Shown here piece after piece: positions 38,895-52,005 of a DNA stretch of 64,000 bases (positions within the stretch are counted from its first letter, which is position 1; the number at the start of each line of letters is the position of its first letter). The notes below the pieces were generated by a model. It ran no database searches, had not been told where the DNA came from, and saw only the letters and a list, made by a program, of their open reading frames with translations. A program made the position numbers and the translations under genes. This DNA comes from Octopus sinensis (Eukaryota): NCBI RefSeq assembly GCF_006345805.1, contig NC_043018.1, forward strand, positions 26,412,001-26,476,000, given 5' to 3'.

Positions 38895-39188
38895 ATTATT
38901 GGTGAATTGAAGAAATGGAGCTGAACGCAGATTGAACAGAAATCGTTTTATTTCATTCTACACGTGTTTCGAAAGGCACAAATTACAAAGTTGATTGTTT
39001 TTTGCTTGCCTCTGTTCTGTTTTTGTTTTTCCAACGGATTTCCTTTTTCTTCCTGAAGAGAAAGACACAATATGGTCCATTATTCAATCGGATTTTGGTA
39101 ATTTGTGCCTTTCGAAACACGTGTAGAATGAAAAAAACGATTTCTGTTCAATCTGCGTTCAGCTCCATTTCTTCAATTCACCAATAAT
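38895..39188 (+). mobile_element. Fold-back element (~92-bp inverted arms) carrying a hammerhead motif; probably Penelope-like-element derived
   Basis: 38895-38986 is the near-perfect reverse complement of 39098-39188. (TA)n at 38709-38740 and 39187-39208. Confidence 0.75.
39044..39135 (+). ncRNA. Type I hammerhead ribozyme motif with intact core
   Basis: TTTTTCTTC-CTGAAGA-GAAAGACACAA...TTGTGCCTTTC-GAA-ACACGTGT-A-GAATGAAAAA. All core nucleotides are present, cleavage triplet GUA (H17 = 39125). Activity is untested. Confidence 0.7.
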
Positions 39189-40554
39189 ATATATATATAT
39201 ATATATATTGCATTATATTATATGAATATTTAATCCATGACAGTCCAATAAAATATAATTTATTTTGCCCATAGGTGAAAATATATTCTATCAGACTAAC
39301 CATTATGGATTAAATATTTCATACACTCTCGCGCTTATCTTTGAAAACTTTACTCTAAGGCCAGAAACAGCTTCTTTTGAACACAAACACGCACACATGC
39401 CCACACATATACTGTTTTATCAGTTTTATTTCAGTGCAATAATATTGAATACTATATATTGGAATAGTGCTACACATGATTGCCAAAGACTTGAAATTCT
39501 AAGGACTTCATATTAGGTAGACAAAAATAATTAAGTATGTGAATTTTATGCAATGTTTTCCTTAGATTTCCTTAATTTCAATTTTGAATTTATAATCCTG
39601 CTTTGAATTATGGAGAAATGGTGTTATCTCCCATATAATAGCTGTAACCATTAGAGGCACCACATTTGTATGTGTTTGTGTGTGCGTCTGTGTGTGTGTA
39701 TGTATCTGTCTATCTCTATCTATTTGTCTGCCTGTCTACCTATCTTTCTACCTGTGTGTGTGTTCTCTTCCAAGGTAGTGATGAATATCACTGTCCCACG
39801 TGGCAGGCTTGGTAATTGCTGAGAATTCTCTGCATGGAACCCAATGGTAACCTTGTTAATCAAAGAATAAAGAGTATTTAGCCGCCAATGAGATGTTGAA
39901 CACTCATTCTCACTGTGTCTATAAAGATGATAGAAGGACAGATAGAAAGATAGACAGACAGACAGCCAAATAGATGGCTAGATAGATAGATTGGTAGAGA
40001 GATAGATAGATAGATATATAGATAGATAGGTAGGTAGGTAGGTAGATAGACAGCCAGATAGATGGCTAGGTGGATGAATAGATAGATAGATAGATAGATG
40101 AGAAGGAAGTTTCTGAGGGAGAGGGAGGGAGAAAGAAAGTGAGAGAAAGCAGAAGAAAGAGAAGGAGTAAGAAGAAGATTATGCTGATTTGGTTGCACTC
40201 TCTAGCAACTTGATGACCACATAAAGTGTGTCCTTCTCTAGCTCCTCCTCTTCACTATATCTTCAGCGAACATCTTCAGAAATACAAATCAATCCATTTG
40301 ATCTCTCTTTTCACCTGTGGCTTCTACAATGTGCCCTCTTCAGGAGAGTAAAATAGATCTGAATAAATATATCAATAAACTTATAAATTCTCCGGCCGTT
40401 TTCTTTTGAAGCTCAGTGCAGCTCTGCCGTGTTCGCATGCAATAAGAAATATATTTGGTTTGATTTCAGTTTGGTTTCCTCTTGCTTGTTTCTTTCTTGT
40501 TTTTGTTTCATCGATGACCATCGTATTCCATGCATTGGCTAGGACAAACGTGGG

Positions 40555-41090
40555 AGTGGTGGTGGTGGTGGTGGCGGTGGTGGTGGTAGTAGTGATGATA
40601 ATGATGATGACAGTGGTGGTGACAATGGTAGCAGTGGTGGTGGTCGTGGCAGCAGTGGTTGCTTTGGTGGTAGTGTGGTTGTGGTTGTGGTGGTGGTGGC
40701 AGCGATGGTGGTCATGGTGGTGATCGTGGTGGTCGTGGCAGCAGTGGTTGCTTTGGTGGTAGTGTGGTGGTGGTTGTGGTGGTAACTGTGGTGGTGGTCG
40801 TAGCAGCGATGGTGGTGGTGGTGGCAGCGATGGTGGTGATCGTGGTGGTCGTGGTGGCAGTGGTTGCTTTGGTGGTAACAGTGGTGGTCGTCGTGGCAGC
40901 GATGGTGGTGATGGTGACAGCGATGGGGGTCATGGTGGTGATCGTGGTGGTCGTGGCAGCAGTGGTTGCTTTGGTGGTAGTGTGGTGGTGGTGGTGGCGA
41001 TGGTAGCGTTGGTGACGGCAGCGATGGCGGTGATTGTAGTAAGGGGGCTAGTGGTTGTGGTGGGGGTGATGGTTATAGTGATGATGGTAA
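40555..41090. repeat. (GGT)n-derived minisatellite
   Basis: Recurrent ggtggtcgtggcagcagtggttgctttggtggtag units. Confidence 0.8.
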
Positions 41091-43383
41091 TTGGTAGTTC
41101 TACAGATTTGAAACATGACAAATAAGAATCTGTAATTAATGCTTTCATCTATCTAAGAACAATAAGACAAACAACAACAACATCCCTTATAGGGAAGCTA
41201 GAGGAGGAGGAAGCTGGAGGAGGAGGTCAATTGAAATACATCACATTCGTCAGAAGGGAATCATTATTCTTTATAATAATAATAATAATAATAATAATCC
41301 TTTCTACTATAAGCACAAGGACTGAAATTTGGGGGAGGGGACTAGTCGATTACATTGACCCCAGTGTTTCACTGGTACTTAATTTATTGACCCCAAAAGG
41401 ATGAAAGGCAAAGTCGACCTCGGCAAAATTTGAACCCAGAACATAGCAACAGGTGAAAGGCCACTAAGCATTTCGCCCGGCATGCTAACGATTCTGCCAG
41501 CTCACCGCCTTATGGTAGAACTAATAATGATGATGATTTTAGATTTTGGCACAAGGCCAGCAATTTGGGGGGGTGCAGAGTGGGGGGTAGGGGTTAATCG
41601 ATTACATCAACCTCAGTACACAACTGGTACTTATTTTTATTGCCTCTTGGAGGCTGAAAGTCAAAGTCAGCTTTGGAAGATTTTGAATTGAGAATGGAAA
41701 GATGGATGAAATACCATCTTGGCAGGCTTGAACTCAGAACTTAAAATCAGAAGAAATGCCACTGAGCATTTTCTTTGGTTTGTGAATGGTTCTGCCAGCT
41801 TGTCTGCTAATATTGACGATGACGACGACGACTCTTTTAGTCTTTTACTTGTATCAGTCATCTCACTGCGGCCATGCTGGAGTACCACCTTAAAGGGTTT
41901 TAACCGAAGAAATCGACCCCACTCCTCCTTCTCCATGACTTATTCTTTGTAAGCCCAGTACTTATTCTATCAGTCTCTTTTGCCGCGCCGCTAACTTACG
42001 GGGACTCAAACACACCAGCACTGGTTGTCAAGTGATGGTGGAGGAACAAACGCAGATACACACACACACATACACACACACACATACACACATACACACA
42101 CACACATACACACACACACAAATACATACATATATGTATCATCATCATCATTTAACGTCCACCTTCCATGCTGGAATGGGTGGGATAGTTTCACAAGAGC
42201 CAGCCAGGCAGAAGCCTGCACCAGACTTCTGTGACTGTTTTGGCAGGATTTTTACAGTTGGATGCCCTTTCCAACACCAACCACTCAACAGAGTGGACTT
42301 CGTGCTTTTTACATGGTACAAGCACAGGTAAGGTCAGTGCTTGTGCCCACAAAATGCACTAAGTCCACCGACAGGCTTATTTCAGTTTCCTTCTACCAAA
42401 TCCACTCACAAGGCTTTATGCGGCCTGAGGCTATTGTAGAAAACACTTGCTCAAAGTACCACATGGTTGGACTGAACCCGGAATCATGTGGTCGGGGAAG
42501 CAAGCTTCTTACCGCACAGCCGTGCCATTGTGATGATGATGATAAACTTTTATTCTCTACAAAAGCAATGCCACAAGGGGCTGTTACATAGCTTACAAAA
42601 GTGTGAATTCACAGGGATTGGGAGACAGGTGATGCTGGGGCCTTAGTATAGAAATCATAACAATGTAGGTAAGAATAATGATTCCTTTCTGAAGAACATG
42701 ATATATTTCAATTGACCTCATCCTCCAGCTTCCTCCAGCTTCCCTACCAGGGATGTTGTTGTTCTTTGTCTTCTTGTTCTTAGATAGATGAAAGCATTAA
42801 TTTCAGATTCTTATTTGTCATGTTTCAAATCTGTAGAACAAACTAATGAGTGGTAGTGGTGGTGGTGGTGGTGGTGGTGATGGGAGACCTCTACACAGTC
42901 TTTGTTTTGAGGATAATTCCCTACCCCCACCCCCCAAAAGTGGTGAGCTGGCAGAATCGTTAGCCACACCAGTCAGAATATGCTGAGCGGAATTTCTTCC
43001 ATCTTTATGTTCTGAGTTCAAATTCCACCGAAGTCAACTTTTGCCTTTCATCCTCTCAGGGGGCGGGGAAGCGGGGGGTAGGAATCAAATAAGCACCAGT
43101 CAAATTCTGGGGTTGATGTGATTGACTTACCCCCTCCCACCACCAATTTTCAGGCCTAGTGCCTATTGTAGAAAGGATTAAAGCACCCACCACACCCTCA
43201 GAGTGGTTGGCGTTAGGAAGGGCATCCAGCTGTAGAAACTCTGCCAAATCAAGATTGGAGCCTGGTGCAGCCATCTGGTTTGCCAGACCTCAGTCAAAAA
43301 TCATCCAACCCATACTAGCATGGAAAGCGAACGTTAAACAATGATGATGATGATGATTATTATTATTGTTATTATTATTATTA

Positions 43384-43491
43384 TTGAATGAGAGAGCAGT
43401 TCATGCCATCAAAGTGACACTGGGGTAAAATATACGAAGCCCAATATACCCTTCATGACTACCCGTCTGATAAAGGTACACCAGGCACATG

Positions 43492-43493
<2 letters not shown>
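43384..43493 (-). mobile_element. 3' fragment of the (TAA)n-tailed repeat
   Basis: Matches 62662-62770. Embedded in (ATT)n. Confidence 0.75.
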
Positions 43494-43530
<37 letters not shown>

Positions 43531-44182
43531 TGTTATTATTATCATCATCATCATCATTCATGGTTTGAGAAATATATAGAGAGTTTCCTTTCTTAACAGA
43601 ATAATTAGATAACCTCGCAGAAAACATGACGTAAACGTGTTCAGGGCAAACATAGACATTCAAGGTCATTATTATCTTTATTATTATTATTATTATTATT
43701 ATCTTATTTTTTTTATGCAATGCTGAATAGAAAGTAATACCTATACAGCTAGGATTATTAAATCTTTGAAGGCCATGACAATAGCAGACAAGTGATTGCT
43801 GCTGGCTGCTGCTACTTAAAATACTTCAGTGCAAGATGGAGAAATATATAACAACACACGCCACACCATGTGTATGTATATATATATATATCAGTATAGT
43901 TGGTTTATTAATTATGCTGAACATGGGTTTGCTGTTGTGTCTGTTAGATATGACATACATTTGAGTCGATGCTTAAATGGCAAGTGTGAGCCGGGAGAAA
44001 ACAAGAGACCTTGAATCTATTAGCAAGGATGTCTCTGCAAGAGAATAAAATGTGCTTTTGATTGTATTTTTGTCACCTGTGTTACATTATTTATTTATTC
44101 TATTATATTATTCTGTTACGAGTTTCTGCCAGAGGTTGTGGCCATGCTGGGTTGCCAACATTTTTATAGTAATATTTTCTAG

Positions 44183-44620
44183 GCGGCGAGCTGGCAGAAA
44201 CGTCAGCATGCCAGGTGAAATGTTTAGCGGTATTTCATCTGTCTTTACGTTCTGAGTTCAAATTCCGCTGAGATCAACTTTGCTCTTCATCCTTTCGGGG
44301 TCAATAAATTAAGTACCAGTGGAGTACTGGGGTCGATCTAATCGACTGCCCCCCCCTCCCCCAAAATTTCTGGCCTTGTGCTTAGAGCAGAAAAGGATAT
44401 ATTATTTGTACAAAATGATGAGCCCACAGAAAGGTTAGCATGCCAGGTGAAATGCTTAGCGGTATTTCACCTGTCTTTATGTTCTGAGTTCAAATTCCAC
44501 CGAGGTCAACTTTGCTTTTCACCCTTTCAGGGTCGATAAAATTAAGTACCAATTGCTTATTGGGGTCAATCTAATTGACTGCCCCCCTCCCCAAAAATTT
44601 CGGGCCTTGTGTAGAAAAGA
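44183..44620 (+). mobile_element. Two family-1 SINEs with tail B (cccctcccccaaatttc...ggccttgtg...agaaaagga)
   Basis: Same head and body as tail-A copies but a different 3' module. Other tail-B copies at about 41318-41510(-), 42945-43175(+), 53930-54140(-) and 62150-62590(+). Confidence 0.8.
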
Positions 44621-45599
44621 ATATTTTCAGGGTTTTTTTTTGTTCTGTTTTTTATCTTTTTTTTTTCAAATGCAAATGATGTTGAATTCCCCTCAAAGAA
44701 ACAATAACGATTAAGTTCCTCTGGACATTTCCGTCTCAAGTCCTAGAACTTTTAGGGCTGGTTACCTGGTTTCCAGTGCCAAGATTACAACATTCTTCCC
44801 GGACAGGATGCTAGTTCATTACAGGGTTGCCCATTTACAGCTTAGTGGACTGGGGCAGTGCGAAATGAAGTGTTTTACTCAAGAGCAGAGCACATCACCT
44901 GGCCCGAGAATTGAAACCACAACCTCATGATCACGAATTCGTGGTTCAGAAGCAAACTTCTTAATCACACAGCCAATCTTATCTATCTTCATCTTCATAA
45001 TAACAGACTGAAAATTATCAAATAAACTTTGTGATTTCTTCGTTAGAAAATTTAACTATAAATAGATTACTAAGTGATTTTGTTTTTTAATAATCTGTTT
45101 TGTTGTTATGTGTTCGTTTCTATTTTGTATTTTTTGTCATTTTTGTTGATTTTTTTAATTAAAGCATAAATTAGTTCAGGCAGTCTGTCATGATAAATTA
45201 AAACATTTACTGTAAATAAGTGCCATGGTAATAAAATTAAATGATGAGATTGTGGAATGTTGGTAAGTTCAATTACCACGAGAAGCGGGAAGACTAACAT
45301 TTGTGTTCTTCAAACCCCGACCTTCAACCCTCTTGCATTTTTTTTTTTTTTTCTTTTCTTGGGAAAAGTGAATATCCATGAATTCTCCTTTAGGATTTAG
45401 ATCCACAAGCAGTTTCCCTAGGAATGCTCCGGAATTTATTCCCAATAATGAATTAGCCTATGCTTTGTGTAAAATTAACTACACCAGTCATAAAACATTT
45501 TGTATCAATAATGACGGTGGCAGGTTACGATCTAAATAATGTTTTATAGCCACACATGCAAGTATATAGGTGCATGTGTGTTATACAGTATATATAATA

Positions 45600-45704
45600 G
45601 TATATGTATGATGTATATATTATAATATGTATGTACGTATATGTATGTATTATATATTATATATGTATGTATGTATATATATATATATAATATATATATA
45701 TATG

Positions 45705-45742
<38 letters not shown>

Positions 45743-45833
45743 ATGTATGTATATATATATCTATAATATATATATGTATAATATTTATATATATGTATGT
45801 GTGTATATATATATATATATAATATATATATGT

Positions 45834-45876
<43 letters not shown>

Positions 45877-45917
45877 ATGTGTGTGTATTATATATATTAT
45901 ATATATGTATGTGTGTG

Positions 45918-45948
<31 letters not shown>

Positions 45949-45960
45949 TATATATATATA

Positions 45961-45991
<31 letters not shown>

Positions 45992-46009
45992 TATGTATGT
46001 GTGTATGTG

Positions 46010-46074
<65 letters not shown>

Positions 46075-46226
46075 TGTATATATATATATATATGTAGTGT
46101 GTGGTGTATATATATATATATATATATATTGTATGTGTGTGTGTGTGTATATATATATAGATATATATGTATGTGTTGTGGTGTATATATATATATATAT
46201 ATAATATATGTATGTATGTGTGGGTG

Positions 46227-46275
<49 letters not shown>

Positions 46276-47100
46276 GTAATGTTTTATATACTAGATACTT
46301 ACTCCCTGGGGAGATTGGCACATGATAAGAATGTAGCACGTATTAGCATCAGCTTGCAATCAATAACAATGTATGACTGAGTTTACCAATTCTTTCCGGT
46401 CCCCATATCATTATTATTATTATAATATTATTATTATTATTGTTATTATTATTGTTGTTGTTGTTGTTATCCTTTATTGATAAATCCATACAGAGAATCC
46501 AAGGAAGACTGAAGGGAATGCATATGGCTATACGTATGTGAAACCATATCTACACGCACACACACACACAACACACACACACACATGTGTATATGCACAA
46601 TATTTATGGATATGTAGAGTTTCGTGGGGTAGGAGAGGGTGCAGAGGTTAAGAAAGGTTCACTAGGCATTTGAAAAGCAGTAATGAGAATTGCATATGTA
46701 TATATGTATGTATATATATATATATATATATATATAATACACCTATCTGTCTCTCTATCTATATTTATATATACACACACACACACATATATGTACATAT
46801 ATATATATATATATATATACCTATCTATCTATCTATCTATCTATCTCTTTCTCCCTCTCTCTATATATATACCTATCTATCTCTCTCGCTGCTCGCCCTT
46901 TAATTATTTTCACTATCTCTCTCTATATATTTATACACACATACACACGTACATATATATATTATATATACACTCACATATATATTTATATATATATATA
47001 TATATACACACATATATATTTATATATATATATATATATACACACATATATATTTATATATATATATATACACACACATGCATATATATTTATTTATATA
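45600..47100. repeat. Long (TA)n/(TG)n/(CA)n compound microsatellite blocks
   Basis: Direct reading. Similar blocks at about 1030-1240, 2640-3000, 18085-18560, 31200-31830, 56020-56335, 57250-57680, 60490-60870 and 61300-61680. Confidence 0.95.
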
Positions 47101-47589
47101 ATGCTACATATGTTATTTGATAAGGAGTGCCAGTGTCTTCACTCCTAATTGGGTCAAACTCTGATAATAATGCTTTATGTGTGTGTGTGTATATACACAT
47201 ACCCTCGACACATAAATAGGTTGACAACAGATAATGCTCATGAATTATTATTTGATTGGCAATCGTCATTATTCTTGCCGACGTCGGCGTCATCACCAAA
47301 CTCGCCGCCATCGTTAATCCCCATCCCTGCCACCACCACCACCACCACCGCCGCCGCCACCTCCATCATAGTAATCATTGCAGTCTTCTCGTCTTCGTTA
47401 TCGCAGCCATCATAATTGCCATCACCACTGTCGGATGGATAGCTAGAAGGAAAATGGCTGTGTTTGGCTGTTTTCCCTATCGTTAGCCATCGTGCGGAGG
47501 GAAGGAGGGATTGGAGGAAAGTGAAGATGAGAGAGCACATTTGATGAACACTGGATATTATGATTATGATGAGGATGATGATGATGATA

Positions 47590-48055
47590 CCCTTTCTACT
47601 ACAGGCACAGGACCTGAAATTTTGGGGAAGGAAGCTAGTTGATTATATTGACCCCAGTACTCAACTGGTATTTATTTTATTGACCCCAAAAGGTTGAAAG
47701 GCAAAGTCAACCTCGGTGGAATTTGAACTCTGAACGTAAGGCCCAATGAAATACTTATTTCTTTATTACCCACAAGGGGCTAAACACAGAGAGGACAAAC
47801 AAGGACAGACAAACGGATTAAGTCAATTATATTGACCCCAGTGCATAACTGGTACTTATTTAATCGACCCCGAAAGGATAAAGGGCAAAGTCGACCTCGG
47901 CAGAATTTGAACTCAGAACGTAGCGACAGACAAAATACCGCTAGGCATTTCGCCTGGTGTGCTAACATTTCTGCCAGCTCATCGCCTTTGAATACTAATG
48001 AAATACTACCATGCATTTTGCTGGGATTGCTAATGATTCTGCCAGCTCAACACCT
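47590..48055 (-). mobile_element. Young family-1 SINE nested in an old family-1 (tail B) SINE
   Basis: 11-bp TSD aatgaaatact at 47745-47755 and 47997-48007. The old head lies at about 48000-48055. Confidence 0.8.
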
Positions 48056-48523
48056 AATAATAATAATGGTAATTATTTCTGCTGAATGCACAAGGCTGAA
48101 ACTTGGTGAGAGGGGACTAATCGATCACATCAACCCCAGTGTTTCACTGGTACTTATTTCGTTGACCCCAAAAAGGATGAAAGACAAAGTCAACCTTGGT
48201 GGAATTTGAACTCTGAACATAAGGACCAACGAACTACCACTATGCACTTCGCTGTGCATGATAACAATTCTGTCACCTAATAATGATCATAATAATTGTT
48301 TTTACTAAAAGCACAACGCCTGAAACTTGGTGGGAGGGGCTAGTCAATTACATTGACCCCACTGTTCCACTGGTAGTTAATTTATCGACCCCAAAAGGAT
48401 GAAAAGCAAGGTCAACCCCCACGTCGTTTGAACTCTGAACATGAAGTCAGAAAAAATGCTGCTAAGCATTTTGTCCAGTGTGGTAACAATTCTACTAGCT
48501 TGCCGCCTTAATAATAATAATAA

Positions 48524-48809
48524 CCCCTAACTCAGATACCAGGAAACCCAAAAATGGCAGAAATTCAAAAGATAATGCTCATGGGAACTGCCCATATCCT
48601 ACGCAAAATACTTTCTATGTAATCTCAAGTTTTAAAACAAACATAATTTTCGTATGTTTTTTTTAGACATTCACTAGTACAACACTAAATACAAAACCAA
48701 ATATATGGCACACTAGGTAACAACAACATGAACTTCCAACCTGTTGTCTCTTGAGGTCTCTGGGTGAGACTTGGAGCCAACTTGTACAAATGTAAAGCAA
48801 AAGTTAAAC

Positions 48810-48840
<31 letters not shown>
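48524..48840 (+). mobile_element. R4/Dong-like LINE 3' end inserted in (TAA)n
   Basis: LTQIPGNPKMAEIQKIMLMGTAHILRKILSM* (48527-48622) matches the GTAHILRK C-terminal motif of R4-type elements. Short 3'UTR, (TAA)n on both sides. Confidence 0.75.
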
Positions 48841-48841
<1 letters not shown>

Positions 48842-51475
48842 GTAGTAGTAGTAGTAATAACTAGCAGGACCTGTGAGTATTTCACGGAATTAATGGTAAA
48901 CTTATTAGGTTATTTCTGAAAACTTTGTCCAAAATCCTGAAAGTGTAGATTGTATTGTGTCTATATTAAAAGATAGTTTCTCATCTGCTGCTCATTGAAA
49001 AATGAAAGAAATTGGAATACAATGATTACTTACCATATTTCTGTTACCGTATTTCTGTAACAGATTGCTCTGATTTCTTTCGATTAATCTCAAATATAAG
49101 AAAGAATTTAGTCTAATTACTTAGTTATCGTTAAGCTCGTGTTAGGAACAGAACACGTCGCTGAGAATTGACCTCACATCCTTACAATCATAAGCCTTAT
49201 ACCCTAACCACTAAGCCATGTACATTCGCAGAATCTACGTAGATCAGTCATGGGTAACCTGTGGCCCACAGTGCCATGAAAAATAACCTTCATTTTTTTT
49301 TTTTTTTGGTAGTGTGGCCCACCTGAGGATGTGTTATGTCTCATGCGGCCCACTTTTTAATAAAGGTTAGCCATGCCTTATCTACAGACATCCTCATTGA
49401 TTCATTTGTGCCAATGCAATACCCATTTTCTCTAAAATCTCTCTGAATGAGATGCCATGTCTTTTACTCTTACCAAAACTACTCTTACATTCCAATTCTG
49501 TGTCCAATATAACTAATAGAGTTACTTTTTTTTTTTTCGTAAATCTATTTACTTACAGCTTTCTCTATCTGTTTACATTTATTTGATTGAAAAACTCCTT
49601 GACAGACCAAAGCTTGCTTTGTTTTGTGTTTAATGTGTTCTTTGATTATTCCACATTCCACTTCAGCTGTTATTAATTTCTTTGATAATTACCGTTAAAT
49701 CTTTTGTTCGTTCTGGTTTATAGACTTCCTGATTTAAAAAAAAAATTTTTTTATTTTTGTTGTTGTTTTCTTAAAGTACCATAAGCCATAGTAGTAATCC
49801 ATATTTTCGTCATTCTATCATCCGCATTAACATCCGTTTTTCCATGCTGGCATGGGTTGGACAGAGTTTTATTTTTTACGGCTGGATGTCCTTCCTGTTG
49901 CCAACCCTCACCCGATTCCTAGCAAGGTAATATTTCCCCATGGCCAGATATGTTCTCACAGAATGTTGGAAACAAATGACTCTGCTTCTTTGACGGTGAC
50001 TGTCATTTCACAAGTATCATGTGATGTCAAGACAAGGACACATAAACATGTAAACACTCACACACACACACACACACACAATGGGCTTCTTCAATTTCCA
50101 TCAACTAAATCCACTCAGAAGACTTTGGTCAGCCCAGGGTGGGTACAAACAAAAAGACACACACACAAATATATATCATCATCATCTTTTAATATCCATT
50201 TTCCATGCTGGCATGGGTTGGACAGTTCGACTAGGGCCTGAGAAGCCACGTGGCTGCACTTGGCTCCAATCTGATCTGGCAGTGTTTCTGTAGTTGGATG
50301 CCCTTCCTAACGCCAACCACTCCAAGAATGTAGTGGGTGCTTTTTACATGCCACCGGCACGGGGCTCACAACTACAATGTCCATTTGATTTGATTTTGAT
50401 ATTGCTGTTGAGGTTGCTGTACTTGACTCACTAGGTCTCCTTAAGCACAGCATGTCGCCCAGGGCTTCTTTCAGTTTCCATCTATCTAATCCATTCATAA
50501 GACTTTGGTTGTCCCTGGGGTTATTGTAGAAGGTGTTTACCCAAGGTGCCATGCAGTGGGACTGAACCCGGAATCATGTGGTTGGGAAGCAAACTTCTTA
50601 CCACACCGGCCACGCCTCTATAAATTCGATATTATCTCAATTAACTTTCTAAGATTAATACCAGAATTAAATCTTCCAGTATTTGAACCACTGGAAGTGG
50701 GAGAGGGACGAAGGGAGAAGGTCGCATTAAATTGATATTACTAGAGTCCATTTCAGTTAACAATACAGATTAGTCTCCTTGTACAGAACTGGCCTGATGC
50801 CTAGCAAAAAATAAGCCATCGCTTAATCATCTCTTCATTTTATATCAAAACAGTGTTGTGCACAGTTGCTTCTCTTGTAACACTTGACAATCATCTTCCT
50901 CCTCCGCATCATCATCATAATCATCGCCATCATCGTTATCATCGCCATCATCGTTATCATCGCCATTATCATCTTCTTCTTAATAATGATAATAATTACA
51001 GTCGTAATAATAATAATAATAATGATAATAATAGTAATAGTAGTAGTAGTAATAATAATAATAATAATAATGGTAAAATAAATGAGAAGTATGTCTGAAG
51101 TGGTTACTGAAGACGTAAGGGCCATTGGAGAATTTTCTTAAGACTTTCTAATCTAAATAACGGATGGTTTTTTAAGTCAATTGCTCTTCAGCAACACGGA
51201 ATTGGCTCTCAGAAATCATTTGCCTTCAAACAAAAACAACAACAAAAAGAAGAAAAGGGAAGAAAATTTTTTTTTTTTTCAAAACTAATAATTTATGCAG
51301 ACTATGTGGTTATTCATCTGTTATGTATATATGTACTTAACAAGAGAAATCTTGAAATATCTGCCTTTTGACTTTCCCAATACACACACACACAAATATA
51401 TTCAAATATGATATTGAAGCGGCACTATGTTATCGACTACATATACATAACATTTATGCTTTGTGTATTTGCTGG

Positions 51476-51628
51476 TAGGCTGTGATTTCGCATGGTGGAG
51501 AGTACCCTCTCAAAGTGTCGGGTATTTAAATACCTGAAAGTCTGGAATCTCACCTGTCTACGACTTTCAGATGTTTTAACACCTGTTGCTTTGTGAGAGT
51601 ACTCTCCACAATGCCAAATCACAGCCTA
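51476..51628. repeat. Imperfect fold-back (MITE-like) element, ~65-bp arms
   Basis: taggctgtgatttcgcatggtggagagtac... versus ...gtactctccacaatgccaaatcacagccta. Confidence 0.65.
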
Positions 51629-51691
51629 TGTTGCATATATATGACTGATAATGTTTAAATATTAATATATCTATCTATATATGGAGGAGCA

Positions 51692-52005
51692 TTCCATCAG
51701 TTGCGACGACGAGGGTTCTAGCTGATCCGATTAACGGAACAGCCTGCTCATGAAATTAAGATGCAGGTGGCTGAGTACTCCATAGACACGTGTACCCTTA
51801 ACGTACTTCTCAAGAAGATTCAGCATGACACAGAGAGTGACAAGACTGGCCCTTTGAAATACAGGTATTCACTCATTTTTGCCAGCTGAATGGACTGGTG
51901 CAACATGAAATAAAGTGTCTTGCTCAAGGACTTAATGCGTCGCCAAGAATTGAACTCACGACCTTATAATCGTGAGCTGAATGCCCTAACCACTAAGCCA
52001 TGTGC
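51692..52005 (-). mobile_element. tRNA-derived SINE, family 4 (ccttgagcaagacacttt central domain)
   Basis: A box GGCTTAGTGGTTAG, B box GAGTTCAATTC. The 3' part is repeated at 13925-14100. Other fragments at about 44830-44940, 52210-52300, 57680-57790 and 59295-59520. Confidence 0.8.

Noticed and set aside
40406-41148. Val/Thr-rich membrane- or mucin-like ORFs
   Set aside because: They are products of the (GGT)n minisatellite.
46295-46333. Resemblance to the U1 snRNA 5' end (ATACTTAC...GGGGAGAT...CATGAT)
   Set aside because: The match is short and gapped, with no downstream U1 stems or Sm site. ACTTAC is common as a reverse-strand donor-like hexamer.
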